Notes under the pieces: generated by a model
Seen by the model: only the letters and a program-made list of their open reading frames with translations
What the model was told of the DNA's origin: nothing
Database searches by the model: none
In this document: piece by piece, positions 62,619 to 64,000 of the stretch
Layout of the letters: every line of letters begins with the position of its first letter
Position numbering within the stretch: the stretch's first letter is position 1
Assembly: GCF_000143415.4 (NCBI RefSeq)
Contig: NW_003314330.1
Coordinates: forward strand, 186,001 to 250,000
Reading direction: 5' to 3'
DNA length: 64,000 bases
From: Selaginella moellendorffii
Lineage: Eukaryota > Plantae > Lycopodiophyta
Program-made: the position numbers and the translations under genes

Positions 62619-64000
62619 GCAACCACCCTTCTTTGATCCCTTTCAATAACGTGTTGATGTAGGTGTTGAAAGACATGAATGTGCCATCTGGATCGTCACC
62701 AATGTGTGGTGCCAAAAACTTCTCACCTTCACTTATAGTTTGCGTGATGTAGACAGCCCTTCTTATCATGTTCTCAAATAGTTCTGGCAATCCTTTCTTT
62801 CTGTTCATTAACCAAACATTGAGGAACTCCAAAGTCTTTATCTATTGCTTATATGGAAGCTTTAATATTGCGATATTGTAAATCATGTCATCTGGAGTTT
62901 TGTTCACTATAAAAGTAACATATGCATAATTGAGAAAAATGAAGTGTGATAAGAAACTTACTTTCATGAAAAGAAATTTCAGCTATAGTCTCTAGCCACT
63001 CCTTCGGCCTGCGATTGTCTGCAATGCATACTAGTTTCTTCAACTTTGAGGACTTTGCATGTTGAATTTTGTGCTCAATTTGTACGAACTCAATTAAGAC
63101 CTCTTCCTGACTCTTCTCCGGATATGCAAGTTCATAAGCGTCTTGCTTGACCTTCACCAAAGGCTAAAAACCAAAACATTTAAAAGAGGCTTTTATAAAA
63201 TAAAAGGGAAAGATGTACTTTACACCATACAGCGAGCATAAAATTGATTGGGTTGTTGAACCAAGTTGTACTGTCATTTTGAGTGCGTGAGTGCCAAACA
63301 AGTGTTGCAAGATCATCACCATAATGTTGGCGAATGTCATCCTCACTAAAGTTTGCCAAAAATTGAAGTTGCTCGATGTCATGGACAAGGTTTTGTTTTT
63401 GAACAATGAACTGCCTAAGCATATATTTAAACACAACAAAATAAGTTAGTGGAGTTAGAGGTAAAACTATAAAACTTACGCACTGATCTTTTGGTAGGCC
63501 AAGATAAGTTTGTTGACATCCAAAGGTCCCCTCACGTAGACATGGCCGACTGGAATGTTGATATGGTAGATGGGATCATTGCGAAAATGATCGTCGATAC
63601 ACTTCATCCAAGCTCCATATCGGTGGTTACCGTCAATAATTTAGAACATTGTCCCCGCAAGCTGTTGAGTCTCAGGATGTCTGATAATCATGTCATCAAA
63701 TTCTAGGGACTTCCTCCTCCAAATAAGATCCCAGCTATTCACAATCTCGGGTGTGACAGTAATGATCTCCATTGTTCCTAGCTTGCAAAAATAGACTAGA
63801 AACATACCGATATTTGTTGCAAGGCCATTTTGTTTGAACAAACTATATATATCCAGGTTGACATACTTGGATGCTGTGTGGACAAGGTTCGTCTGCTGCA
63901 AACGGCAAAAGGGGATTTCTCTGATCAAGTCACAAGAGCCTGGCCACTTGAGCGCCTTAAGTGTTTAGTGAACTGCTTTTTCCTTTATCCGCATAACAGT
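62619..64000 (-). pseudogene. 5' exons of the interrupted gene: ParB-like domain (continues beyond the window)
   Basis: IREIPFCRL...MF*IIDGNHRYGAWM (~63641-63605), the ParB/Srx DGxHR signature; short introns; broken at the TSD of the 13.2-kb element and resuming on the same strand below 49421. Confidence 0.65.

Overview
Land-plant nuclear DNA, most likely a lycophyte of the genus Selaginella (inferred from very short introns, PLS-class PPR genes and an intronless plant-type glutamate-cysteine ligase). The window has four zones. (1) 1-9.8 kb is AT-rich TE debris (LINE RT and CACTA Tnp2 remnants) plus a remorin gene fragment. (2) 9.8-28.5 kb is gene-rich. It holds a circularly permuted, partly inverted PDR/ABCG pseudogene carrying a young Ty1/copia element with 89-bp LTRs, a PPR pseudogene, two frameshifted bulb-lectin genes, and two intact ORFs (a divergent GSH1-like ligase and a PPR protein). 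(3) 28.5-45.5 kb is a retrotransposon nest: a chromovirus remnant, TRIMs, nested satellite-bearing solo LTRs, a MITE, and a complete 5S-containing Cassandra element. (4) 45.5-64 kb holds the best candidate for a new system. A complete 13.2-kb TIR DNA transposon (49426-62614, 24-bp TIRs, 4-bp TSD TCTA) encodes a Sola-like DDD transposase and, divergently, a ParB-like / methyltransferase-like / FCP1-HAD protein. It is studded with about 24 copies of a 22-bp palindrome (ATGGCRTG-N6-CAYGCCAT). It sits inside an older gene encoding a ParB (DGNHR) plus beta-class N4/N6 DNA-methyltransferase-like protein. Domain calls come from motifs recognised by eye and need HMM or structural confirmation.
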